64,000 nt of DNA, taken from contig SLSZ01000143.1 of the NCBI GenBank assembly GCA_007130125.1, positions 41,852-105,851 on the forward strand. The letters run 5' to 3'. The notes under the pieces are model-generated. The model was not told the DNA's origin. It worked only from the letters and a program-made list of their open reading frames with translations, and searched no databases. The translations under genes were made by a program, and so were the position numbers. The DNA comes from Bacteroidales bacterium (GTDB taxonomy: Bacteria; Bacteroidota; Bacteroidia; Bacteroidales; UBA7960). Shown here piece after piece: positions 54,502 through 63,853 of this stretch (position 1 is the stretch's first letter; the number at the start of each line of letters is the position of its first letter).

Positions 54502-54696
54502 TATTATTGTGTTATCTGATATAATTACTCACTTTATAAAATCAACATTCAATGACTGTTATAAGGTTATTTTATTAATTCGGGTTTAGATTTGGCAAAT
54601 TTAAGATTTTTTGAAAGAGTATTTATTATCTATTATAAATAGAACAGTGTGCTGCCCGATTTATTAACAGCGAGTTTTTTATTTATTTCATGGTTG

Positions 54697-55362
54697 TCAG
54701 GCAATAATTTCAGGTTGCGTCTGACTGTCAATGGTAAAAGCCATGAGATAGTTTTCAACAACCTGGTATTGGATGCTCAATTGTTTTTTAAAACCGGGAG
54801 TGTTTATTTCACCCATTATTGTTCCCTGGCCTTCAAAGTCAAAAGGGAAGATATTGATATGGTCTTTGAAAAGGATATCCCTCTTTCCGTAAAGCTTATA
54901 AATAGCTTCTTTACTTGTCCAAACCAGGTAGAGTGATTCAACTTCATGGCGGCTGGATATTTGATCCAGTTCATAGCTATTCATAAACTTTTCTGCAAGG
55001 TTAACTATTTTGGGTTGTATTTTTTCAATATCTATGCCTACAGAATGTTTTGTGCTGGCAATCAGTGCTGAGAACTTTCCTGAGTGGGATACGGAAATGT
55101 GTCTGACACCATTGTTTAGAAAAGGTTTCCCGAACTCATCATATTCTATAGAACTCATTTCTTTGGGCTTAACAAGATAAGGGAGGATCAGCCTGTAACT
55201 TAGCCATTGTTGCTTTCTTGCAGGTGTTTTAAGACAAGAAAATATCTTTTTTTCCTGTCTTGACAATTTAACCTTTGCATAGATCTCTTCAAAAGGTTCG
55301 TTTATTTCCCAAATGCCAAGTGCTGCATGTGGAAAAACTTTTTTCAAATAAAGGCCCATCAT
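54697..55362 (-). CDS. 4'-phosphopantetheinyl transferase superfamily protein (Sfp-type)
   Basis: 221 aa. VSVSHSG, GIDIEKI and W(T)SKEAIYK motifs. Confidence 0.8.
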   Translation of the reverse strand: MMGLYLKKVFPHAALGIWEINEPFEEIYAKVKLSRQEKKIFSCLKTPARKQQWLSYRLILPYLVKPKEMSSIEYDEFGKPFLNNGVRHISVSHSGKFSALIASTKHSVGIDIEKIQPKIVNLAEKFMNSYELDQISSRHEVESLYLVWTSKEAIYKLYGKRDILFKDHINIFPFDFEGQGTIMGEINTPGFKKQLSIQYQVVENYLMAFTIDSQTQPEIIA

Positions 55363-55562
55363 TAGATTTTTGGTTAAACCTCAGCAGCCAGCTTTAATAT
55401 TTGCTTAACCCGTTAGTTCTATTACAAGGGTTTAGCTTGTAAAGACTACGCAAAGGTAAGAAAAATAATTGTTTTTTTATTATAATGAGTTTTAACAGGC
55501 TGAAAGCATAATAATAGTACGGTGTAGATTGTTAAGTAATTAGAAAATTTGATTTTTTTGAA

Positions 55563-55570
55563 TATTTTTG
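55563..55570 (+). promoter_or_regulatory. Candidate -7 promoter box TATTTTTG upstream of the CapA-family gene
   Basis: Matches TAnnTTTG, 105 nt upstream of ATG 55676. Confidence 0.3.
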
Positions 55571-55675
55571 CTTCAATTATGGATTGCAGGTTCATGGTTT
55601 GATTAAACATTAGAGAAAACGGACCAAAAAAGCCTGGTTAATATTTATTTTATAAAGTTCAAAACTACAAACAGA

Positions 55676-56875
55676 ATGAAATGCTTTTTACAAATTGTTT
55701 TAACACTACTTTTTTTATACGTGCATTTGGGCGTTAGTGCATCCAATTATGCTGCCGGCGAAGATAGGCTTGATAGACCGATTATTGAAGGCCGCCGGAC
55801 AATATCTGTTATTGGAGTTGGTGATATAATGATGGGCACAAATTATCCTAATACATCATACCTTCCTGCAAATCATGGTCGTAATTTGCTCAAACCCGTT
55901 GAAGATATCTTAAACAGTGCGGATGTTACATTTGGGAACCTTGAAGGAGTTTTACTTGATGAAGAAGGTGATGTAAAAAGATGTAATAATCCTGATCTGT
56001 GTTATGCTTTTCGAACACCTGTCAGGTATGTTGATAATCTGGTTAAAGCAGGGTTTGACTTGCTGAGCATAGCTAATAATCATGTTGGTGATTTTGGATA
56101 TGCCGGGCGCCGTAGTACTGTTAAGACACTTGAAGATGCAGGCATTGCTTATGCCGGGTTTACAGAACATCCTACAACTATCATTAAACGTGATGGAATA
56201 AAAATTGGCATGGCTGCCTTCTCGCCTTTCCGGGGAACTGTTAATATGCATGATATTGATAATGCGCAAAGAATTGTGCGTAATTTAAAAGACAGAGCAG
56301 ATATTGTCATTGTATCGTTTCACGGAGGAGCAGAAGGAGCCGAGCATCAAAATGTTACATGCGAGACAGAATATTATTACGGTGAGAACCGTGGGAATGT
56401 TTGTGAGTTTTCGTATAGTGTAATTGACGCAGGTGCTGATATAGTTTTTGGCCACGGCCCGCATGTTACACGTGCCGTAGAGCTTTATAATGATCGTTTT
56501 ATTGCATATAGCCTTGGTAATTTTTGCACCTATGCGAGGTTCAACCTTCGTGGAGAAAACGGCATAGCACCTATTATAAAAGTTTACGTTGATGAAACCG
56601 GAAAATTTATTAACGCCAAAGCTTATCCTATTGTGCAAACGGGCAGGGGAGGCCCAAGGCCGGACTCCAGCAACAGAGCTGTAAGGTCATTACAAAGACT
56701 TACAATAAATGATTTTCCGGATACACCATTGAGAATACATTCGGACGGGCGTATTTTAAGAATCCAAAGCTACAATCCTTTGCAGCGAATTACAGAGACC
56801 AGGCTTCCAGTATCTGATGGTTCAAAATTTGAAATCAACAAAAACGGCCGTATTGAAAAAATCGGCCGTTTATAA
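55676..56875 (+). CDS. CapA-family protein (poly-gamma-glutamate-capsule-type metallophosphatase fold), secreted
   Basis: Signal peptide. GVGDIM, FGNLEG, SIANNHVGDFG, SFHGGAEG, GHGPH motifs. Confidence 0.8.
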   Translation: MKCFLQIVLTLLFLYVHLGVSASNYAAGEDRLDRPIIEGRRTISVIGVGDIMMGTNYPNTSYLPANHGRNLLKPVEDILNSADVTFGNLEGVLLDEEGDVKRCNNPDLCYAFRTPVRYVDNLVKAGFDLLSIANNHVGDFGYAGRRSTVKTLEDAGIAYAGFTEHPTTIIKRDGIKIGMAAFSPFRGTVNMHDIDNAQRIVRNLKDRADIVIVSFHGGAEGAEHQNVTCETEYYYGENRGNVCEFSYSVIDAGADIVFGHGPHVTRAVELYNDRFIAYSLGNFCTYARFNLRGENGIAPIIKVYVDETGKFINAKAYPIVQTGRGGPRPDSSNRAVRSLQRLTINDFPDTPLRIHSDGRILRIQSYNPLQRITETRLPVSDGSKFEINKNGRIEKIGRL

Positions 56876-56905
56876 ACTTTGGTAGTATTTTAAAACTTCA
56901 GTGTT

Positions 56906-57421
56906 TTATTTCTCCTGCCCTTTAATAGGTATTTGTTTTTTATCAGAAATAACTTTCAGCCTTTCTTTTATTTTTTTTGTAACATGAACGGGAACCCAAC
57001 TCAGGTCAATCATAAACTTTTCTTTTTCGGATATGCATAAAACCCACATAGGGGAAAAGACCATCTCCTTCAGGTCGTCAATGTTTATGGATTTCGTGTC
57101 TTTGAGATATGAAGGCTTGTATGTGATCTTGTCTTTTTCAAATCTTATATACTGATTTGTTTTACGCCCTGTCAAAGTAAAGCCTGTAAAGATAAAGCCT
57201 ATAGAAATACAAAACAGAACAAGTGTATTCCAAAAATTTAAACTGGAAGCGAATTCAAGTAAAAATTCCGGGCTGAACTCAAAATATGTTTGTTCCATTA
57301 CATAAGAATATAACTGGAAACCACTAAAAATAAATACAAGAATTCCGAAAGTTTTGTAAAAGTTCTTCTTCTTTGGAGATTTCGCAGTTGAACCTGAAAG
57401 ATAGATTGTTTTTTTTGCCAT
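56906..57421 (-). CDS. Hypothetical membrane protein (171 aa)
   Basis: Two central TM helices followed by a small soluble C-terminal domain. No family recognised. Confidence 0.5.
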   Translation of the reverse strand: MAKKTIYLSGSTAKSPKKKNFYKTFGILVFIFSGFQLYSYVMEQTYFEFSPEFLLEFASSLNFWNTLVLFCISIGFIFTGFTLTGRKTNQYIRFEKDKITYKPSYLKDTKSINIDDLKEMVFSPMWVLCISEKEKFMIDLSWVPVHVTKKIKERLKVISDKKQIPIKGQEK

Positions 57422-57687
57422 TTTTTTATTTTGTTTTAGTGTTGTTTAGCTTTGCAAGTTTGTAAACGGTTTAACACTACAAGTATCAGGTGCTTGTTTT
57501 GTCAGTTACACTTTTTGTTAAATCAAAACAATGTGTAAATGTAAACAAAATATATAATAATTAATACGTGTTAGGCTTAAAAAAGTTTCTCAAGAGTTTT
57601 TTTGGTAAATTCGATTTAAACAGGTTTTAAAATAGTATCTTTTTTAAAAATCTCCTCCCTTATATGTTTGTTTTTCCAAAAAATTTG

Positions 57688-60600
57688 TTAGCTAACTGTC
57701 TTGGCTTTAGAATTGCGCATAATTTGCTTTGCTTGAAACATGAAAGCTTCCAGCCTGGTTTCATCACCTGATTGTTTTGTTCCGTCATATACCATCTTCA
57801 GGACCGGTATATGTGGGTGTTTTTTGCTAAACTTGAACATTATTGTGTTTGCAATAGTGCCCGGCATACAGTGAAAAGGTGTTAGGTTGATAATTCCGTT
57901 AAGGTTATGAATTGCATACTCTTCTGCTCTTGCAATACTAAGTATGGCTTCACCTCGCAAATTGCTGGTAAGGTAAGGCTCAGATAATTTAAGCAAATCC
58001 TCAGTGGGAATCTCTTCAGCAAAATATTTTACTACATCTCTAATGGGTTTTGAGCCCTTACGTGAATAATGTTTTTGAACAAATGATTTTATCAATTCGG
58101 TAAGGTAATTCCCGTATTGTCCTGCCCTGCGAAAATCGGTTTTCCTTTCCCAGTCGGTGTATGCAACCCATTCCTGCAGCGTGGGCACAACCACTTCACC
58201 GCCCAGGTTTTCAATATCACCTATTATGTTATTGTTGCTAAAATCGTTTGACCGGACATATATTTCACCGATTATACCTATTACCGGCTTTTTTATGGAT
58301 CTGTCAACCTCTATTGATTTGAACATTTTGACGGCATGTTTTACAGAATCCCCAATTGAGCCTTTTGTTTCAACTGTATGAGCAAGATAATCCAAACACT
58401 TCTTATATACTTTGTCAGTTTCGCCTTTGTTTATTTCATAGGGCCTGGTATTGTAAAGCAATTTTTTAATATTGTCTGTAGCGACAATTGCTTGCCAACC
58501 TAGTATTCTGAATCCTGTACCAAGGTTTTTCAGGTCGTCATCGTAGGTTGTGTTTTGGTCGAGCATGATCATTTGAGCCTCACTCATACCTACTTCATTA
58601 AGAATAAGCTGGTGAGAATGGCAGTATTGTCCAAACCGACAAGGGCCATTGGTGGTTGGCATAAAAAAGCTTGCTTTTTCGGCATTGAAATCTTCGGAGA
58701 AAACTTTTTTCAGAATATCACCTGTAGTTATCATGAAGGGATAACACTCTTTACCTGTTGTGAATTTTTTTGCCAACTCCAGGCTGTTATCATCAGATAC
58801 AGGCAGGTGTTCCGCTTCAACTCCATAATGTCTCATAGCTGCTGCTATGCCGTCACCATGGTCATCCATGTAAGGGATGTAAATCTTGCGATGATTGGAG
58901 AATATTTTTTTCGACAACAATTTTCCGGGTGTGTGAAAAGTTTTGTTCGCGGAGGCTTCGAGACTGTCTATGAATGCTTCTAGCCGTGTAATAACCCCTG
59001 CATCACCACTATGCTCATCAAGCTCAAGTGTTAGGTAGTGTTTGTCCTTCATTACTTTGTTGAAATATTTCATAATAAAGGAATCGGGCCCGCATGCAAA
59101 GTTTGTAATATAAATTGCATTCAGTTTAGGATTACTTGCTGTTATCTCTGCTGCAGAAAGTATCCTTTGCCCGTTTCGCCAATACATGTTTGGAAACTTT
59201 TTTGAAGTATTTCCTGATACAGGCAGAAAGTCAACGGGAATAGCCAGAACCCCCAAATCGCGGAGCTTTTGTGGTATGCGCAGGTTAAGTCCTGAGTCAC
59301 AGCCGTTGTATGGGCGGCTTACAATAACCATATTGTGTGTGTTTTCCTCTAATGAATTAAGCACCTCTTCACCTCTTTTTTGAATGGCATTTTTGAAGCT
59401 ATCAAGGCTTTCAAAAGCTTTTGATATTGCGTTTTTAGTTTTGCGACTATTATAACCCAGCTCTTTTGCAAAATCCTTTAATTCTTTTTTAATGTTTTTT
59501 TTGCTAAATCCGAAATGAAAAACCGGCATAAGCACTTTTGTCTGGTATTTGTCAAAACCAATCACTGCTTTAGCCATGTATGAAAAGCCCTGAACAATAG
59601 GACAAAGGCATGAGTTATTGTCTTCGGTTGAGAGGGGTTCGGCATTAATTATACCTGGCAGGAATAAATAGTCTACCTCTTTTTCGAGCAAATCAATGAC
59701 ATGCCCAAAGCCAACTTTAACCGGGAAACATATCTCTTCGACTACGGCTTCACAACCTTTGTTTATTAATGTTCTGTTTGTTGTTGAAGAAGTTACTACC
59801 CTGAACCCCAGTTCGCTAAAAAAAGCTTTCCAAAAGGGATACATATCAAAAAAGAGCAGAGTGCGCGGTATACCGATAACGGGTCTGTCTGCGGGCAGAT
59901 CATTAGGAGCCTTGTAAGATGAAAGAAGCATTTTTTCGCGTTCATCGAACAGTTTTGGCAAAGATTGACCAAGAGAAAACTTACGCTCCTCATCAAACTT
60001 GCCGCAACGGCTACCATATTTCAGAGGTTTTTCACCCTCAATGGATACAGTCCTTATTTCGCAGTTGTTTGAGCAATCGGTGCATTCGAATGAGTCTACT
60101 GTGAATTTGCGATTAGCCAGATCGAACCCTTTAAAATTTGACTTAACAGCAGGTTTGTTTTCCTTAGCTATTAATGCAGCACCTACTGCTCCAAGTACAT
60201 CATGATGCGGCGGGACGATAACTTTTTTACCACAGATCTTTTCAAAAGCTGCTTTTATCCCTCGGTTAAAAGCTGTTCCGCCCTGGAAAAAGATTACATC
60301 CCCCACTTTTCTGTCTTCAACGACTGTGGTAAGATAGTTCATCACAATTGAATAGCTGAGGCCGGCAACCAGGTCTTTCTTATTTGTGCCAAGCTGTTGA
60401 AAATGGTTTAAGCTTGACTCCATAAAAACAGTGCATCTTTCACCAAGTGCAGCGGGTTTTTTTGAATCCAGAGCCAGCTTACCGAATTCTTCTTTGATAT
60501 TTATTCCAAGCTTTTCGGCTTGTTCTTCAAGAAAAGAGCCTGTGCCGGCAGCACAAACTTTATTCATGGTAAAATCGACTACTTTCCCATTTTTTAACGA

Positions 60601-61878
60601 GATGTACTTTGAATCCTGCCCGCCGATCTCGAAAATAGTATCAACATTTGGGTTTATGTTTAAAGCACCTTTGGCATGGGCTGTGATCTCATTTTTCACA
60701 ATATCGGCACCGATAAAATCGCCTGTAAGGTATCGCCCTGAACCTGTTGTGGTAGCACCTTTTATAACAACTTTATCACCTATTTCTTTGCCAATTTGAG
60801 AAAGGCCTTTTCTGACGGCCACAATAGGGTTTCCGGCTGTTCTGAGATAACTGCGCGCAATAACGTTTTTGTTATCATCAATTACAGCGAGGTTGGTGCT
60901 TATTGATCCGACATCAACACCCAGATAACCGTTGATTGGCTTATTTTCCGGAATTTTTTCCGGTTTTATGCAATAGTCATAATCAGTATCAGATAGCGGC
61001 TCATAGCTTTTTATATGACTTTGGCTTTTGTGAAGATGTTTTTTTAGTCCGGAAATGCCCCCATAAGGTTTTATGTTTCCTGATTCTATCATAGAAAATA
61101 CCGCACCAATAGCGCCCATAAAAGCATAATGTTCGGGAATAAAAAGCTCTCCCGGTTCCATGTCCAGGGTTTTTTCAAATGCTTTTATCATGCCTTTGTT
61201 AGCTGCAACGCCACCCTGGAAAGAGATGGGTTTTTCGAGGGGGATGCCTTTTGTAACATTGCTTTTAAAATTCCTGGCCATAGCCAGGCAAAGCCCAAGG
61301 AGTATGTCTTTTGTTGGAACTGCCATTTGTTGGAGGTGTATCATGTCGGATTTGGCAAAAACGCTGCATCGCCCTGCAATTCTGGGAGGGTGGGTTGATT
61401 GTACTGCCAGTTTACCAAATTCTTTTTCAATTGACACACCGAGCCTTGCAGCCTGCTGGTCTAAAAACGAGCCTGTACCTGCCGCGCATACAGTGTTCAT
61501 ACTAAAATCCCTCAGGCGGGATACTTTTGTTATCGAGTCTTCCTCAATTTTTATTAGCTTTGAGTCTTCACCCCCGATTTCAATAATTGTCCGTATTTCA
61601 GGATAAAGCCTTGAAGTTGACTTGCATTGAGCAATTATTTCATTGATAAAATAACTGTCAAGTATTTCGGAAATAAATAAACCACCGTTGCCTGTAAGTG
61701 CAATTCCGTTAATGTCCTTTTCTGATACTTTGGAAAGAATTCGATTTAATACATCCAGTGAGGTTTTGACAGGCTGTCCATGTGTTCTTGCGTAATGCTT
61801 GTCAAATATTTTGCCCGACTCATCCATTAATACGCCCTTTACGCTAATGGAGCCAATGTCTAATCCTATATGGTTCAT
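57688..61878 (-). CDS. Fusion protein: two BcrAD/BadFG-type activase ATPase modules + 'CoA enzyme activase' uncharacterised domain + 2-hydroxyacyl-CoA dehydratase D-component-like domain
   Basis: 1,396 aa. Duplicated motifs: GLDIGSISVKG / GVDVGSISTNLA, VCAAGTGSFLDQQA / VCAAGTGSFLEEQA, GRCSVFA / ERCTVFM. Cys-rich linker FECTDCSNNCEIR. A long C-terminal region typical of these large 'activase-related' proteins. Confidence 0.8.
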   Translation of the reverse strand: MNHIGLDIGSISVKGVLMDESGKIFDKHYARTHGQPVKTSLDVLNRILSKVSEKDINGIALTGNGGLFISEILDSYFINEIIAQCKSTSRLYPEIRTIIEIGGEDSKLIKIEEDSITKVSRLRDFSMNTVCAAGTGSFLDQQAARLGVSIEKEFGKLAVQSTHPPRIAGRCSVFAKSDMIHLQQMAVPTKDILLGLCLAMARNFKSNVTKGIPLEKPISFQGGVAANKGMIKAFEKTLDMEPGELFIPEHYAFMGAIGAVFSMIESGNIKPYGGISGLKKHLHKSQSHIKSYEPLSDTDYDYCIKPEKIPENKPINGYLGVDVGSISTNLAVIDDNKNVIARSYLRTAGNPIVAVRKGLSQIGKEIGDKVVIKGATTTGSGRYLTGDFIGADIVKNEITAHAKGALNINPNVDTIFEIGGQDSKYISLKNGKVVDFTMNKVCAAGTGSFLEEQAEKLGINIKEEFGKLALDSKKPAALGERCTVFMESSLNHFQQLGTNKKDLVAGLSYSIVMNYLTTVVEDRKVGDVIFFQGGTAFNRGIKAAFEKICGKKVIVPPHHDVLGAVGAALIAKENKPAVKSNFKGFDLANRKFTVDSFECTDCSNNCEIRTVSIEGEKPLKYGSRCGKFDEERKFSLGQSLPKLFDEREKMLLSSYKAPNDLPADRPVIGIPRTLLFFDMYPFWKAFFSELGFRVVTSSTTNRTLINKGCEAVVEEICFPVKVGFGHVIDLLEKEVDYLFLPGIINAEPLSTEDNNSCLCPIVQGFSYMAKAVIGFDKYQTKVLMPVFHFGFSKKNIKKELKDFAKELGYNSRKTKNAISKAFESLDSFKNAIQKRGEEVLNSLEENTHNMVIVSRPYNGCDSGLNLRIPQKLRDLGVLAIPVDFLPVSGNTSKKFPNMYWRNGQRILSAAEITASNPKLNAIYITNFACGPDSFIMKYFNKVMKDKHYLTLELDEHSGDAGVITRLEAFIDSLEASANKTFHTPGKLLSKKIFSNHRKIYIPYMDDHGDGIAAAMRHYGVEAEHLPVSDDNSLELAKKFTTGKECYPFMITTGDILKKVFSEDFNAEKASFFMPTTNGPCRFGQYCHSHQLILNEVGMSEAQMIMLDQNTTYDDDLKNLGTGFRILGWQAIVATDNIKKLLYNTRPYEINKGETDKVYKKCLDYLAHTVETKGSIGDSVKHAVKMFKSIEVDRSIKKPVIGIIGEIYVRSNDFSNNNIIGDIENLGGEVVVPTLQEWVAYTDWERKTDFRRAGQYGNYLTELIKSFVQKHYSRKGSKPIRDVVKYFAEEIPTEDLLKLSEPYLTSNLRGEAILSIARAEEYAIHNLNGIINLTPFHCMPGTIANTIMFKFSKKHPHIPVLKMVYDGTKQSGDETRLEAFMFQAKQIMRNSKAKTVS

Positions 61879-62072
61879 CTGTTAATTAGCTAAAAACAAA
61901 TATTTAATTGTAGAGGTTTTTGATAAATATTATTGCGAAATTAAAAGTTTTTAGCCTAAAGTGAAAGATATATTCAGTTTTGCAAAAGAGTTATTGATTA
62001 TTGTTTAATAATGGTGTTTTGTTTTAGAGTAAAAGAACCTGTAATATTGGTATATGCAGTTTTTGTTGTTAT

Positions 62073-62570
62073 TTAATTACCTGCGAAAATTAGTAAAGGG
62101 ATATCTGAAAATTCTTCTTCTTCTTCTTCAATAATGTTTGTAAGAATATACTCTCTTGCCTCAAGTTGTTTTTCGTTATGATATTCATTAAAGATTTCCA
62201 TAGTACAAAATGGGTAGTCATGAGAGTTCTTTTCCGGTTGATGAATTGCTGCAAGTAACTGGTGCATTTTTTCATGTGATTCTGCATCCCGGCCCTGGTT
62301 TGCAGCATGCAAGTGATCGTAATCAGATGTGTCAGGCTCTTCATAAAAGTGTATTTCGGAAACACAAATGGAATTATTTGCATTTGCTTCTTTAATAAAG
62401 CTTTCATATCCAGGTATTGTTTCTTCTACGGCTTTTTCTTCTAAAGTTATTATTTCGAGGTAATTACCTGAAGGAAGAAGTTTTCTTTGAATTTTGTAAC
62501 CAGATGCTTGTACGGCATGAGCTGTAATTATCAGTGCAACTAACAGTGTTATTTTTGCTATTGTTTTCAT
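62073..62570 (-). CDS. Hypothetical secreted protein (165 aa)
   Basis: Signal peptide MKTIAKITLLVALIITAHAVQA. His/Glu-rich. Acidic C-terminus (EEEEEEF). No family recognised. Confidence 0.5.
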   Translation of the reverse strand: MKTIAKITLLVALIITAHAVQASGYKIQRKLLPSGNYLEIITLEEKAVEETIPGYESFIKEANANNSICVSEIHFYEEPDTSDYDHLHAANQGRDAESHEKMHQLLAAIHQPEKNSHDYPFCTMEIFNEYHNEKQLEAREYILTNIIEEEEEEFSDIPLLIFAGN

Positions 62571-62787
62571 TGTATTAAGTTTTTAGAGTTTGTGTTTTTT
62601 TATTTAATAGATATCATTATTTGTGCCAAAGCGTATAACAACAAGGAAATCAAGTTATTATGGCTTGCCGGGGTGTTGTTGTTGTACGGGAAAGATATTT
62701 AAGGTGTACGGCATAGGTCATACACTGTCCGTTGGCGTACATTTTTTTATGGTTGTTAAATTGTAATGGTTTTACTACATTTGGTCC

Positions 62788-63849
62788 ATGAACCTTTTAC
62801 GAATAATACTATTTCCGTTTGCAATTCTGTATGGACTGATAATGTTTGTCAGAAACAAGATGTTTGACTGGGGTTTGCTTTGTTCAGAGGCTTTTCCGGT
62901 TCCGGTAGTCAGTGTTGGGAATCTTTCCACCGGTGGTACAGGTAAAACCCCCCATGTTGAATATCTTGTTGAAATCTTATACAGCAACTACAAAGTAGCG
63001 GTACTGAGCAGGGGGTATAAAAGAAAAACAAAAGGATATCTTGAAGCAACATCAAAATCTAATGTTGATGATATTGGTGATGAGCCATATCAGATTTATA
63101 ATAAATTTGGCAACAACATAATTTTAGCTGTTGATGAAAAACGCAGACGAGGAATTAAAAACATTTTGAAAAATTACCCTGATACGGATGTTGTTTTGCT
63201 TGACGATGCTTTTCAGCACAGGTATGTTAAGCCCAGACTTAACATATTACTTACTGATTACCGAAACTTGTTTGCCAGGGATTTTGTGGTTCCAACGGGT
63301 AATTTGAGAGAGTTTCGTTTTGGTGCAAAGCGGGCAGATTTACTAGTAGTTACAAAAACCCCAAAAATATTATCACCGATTGATAAAGAATTAATTTTGA
63401 AGGACCTGAAAAAATACAAGGATAAAAACCTTTTGTTTTCATACTTTCAATACGGTAAACTTCATCCTGTTACAGAAGCATGCAAAAACAAACATCCAAA
63501 AAAGATTAAGTCTGTCGTTTTGCTAACAGGCATAGCTAATCCGGCTTCCCTTGAAGAGTACCTGAAAAGAATTAGTGAGGAGTTGTACCTGCTTGAATAT
63601 CCCGATCATCATAGATATACAAAACAAAATGTGAAAGAGATTGTTGTTTTTTTTAAGGAGCTTTTTTCAGGGGATAAAGCAATTGTTACTACTGAGAAAG
63701 ATTTTATGAGGCTTCAAGACCCTGAACTAATAAAACTTCTGGAAGAGGTGCCTGTTTATGTTTTGCCCGTTAAAGTCAGGTTTCATGAAAACGGAGAAAA
63801 AGCAATAAAAAATGAGCTAACGCAATTATTCAATAATAATAAAAAATAA
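62788..63849 (+). CDS. lpxK: Tetraacyldisaccharide 4'-kinase
   Basis: 353 aa. N-terminal membrane helix. P-loop VGNLSTGGTGKTP. LSRGYKRK and LLDDAFQH motifs. Confidence 0.92.
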   Translation: MNLLRIILFPFAILYGLIMFVRNKMFDWGLLCSEAFPVPVVSVGNLSTGGTGKTPHVEYLVEILYSNYKVAVLSRGYKRKTKGYLEATSKSNVDDIGDEPYQIYNKFGNNIILAVDEKRRRGIKNILKNYPDTDVVLLDDAFQHRYVKPRLNILLTDYRNLFARDFVVPTGNLREFRFGAKRADLLVVTKTPKILSPIDKELILKDLKKYKDKNLLFSYFQYGKLHPVTEACKNKHPKKIKSVVLLTGIANPASLEEYLKRISEELYLLEYPDHHRYTKQNVKEIVVFFKELFSGDKAIVTTEKDFMRLQDPELIKLLEEVPVYVLPVKVRFHENGEKAIKNELTQLFNNNKK

Positions 63850-63853
63850 GGCT

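Noticed and set aside
54649-54936. 95-aa + strand ORF overlapping the 3' end of the PPTase gene
   Set aside because: It lies antisense to a gene with clear PPTase motifs (GIDIEKI, WTSKEAIYK) and has no recognisable family.
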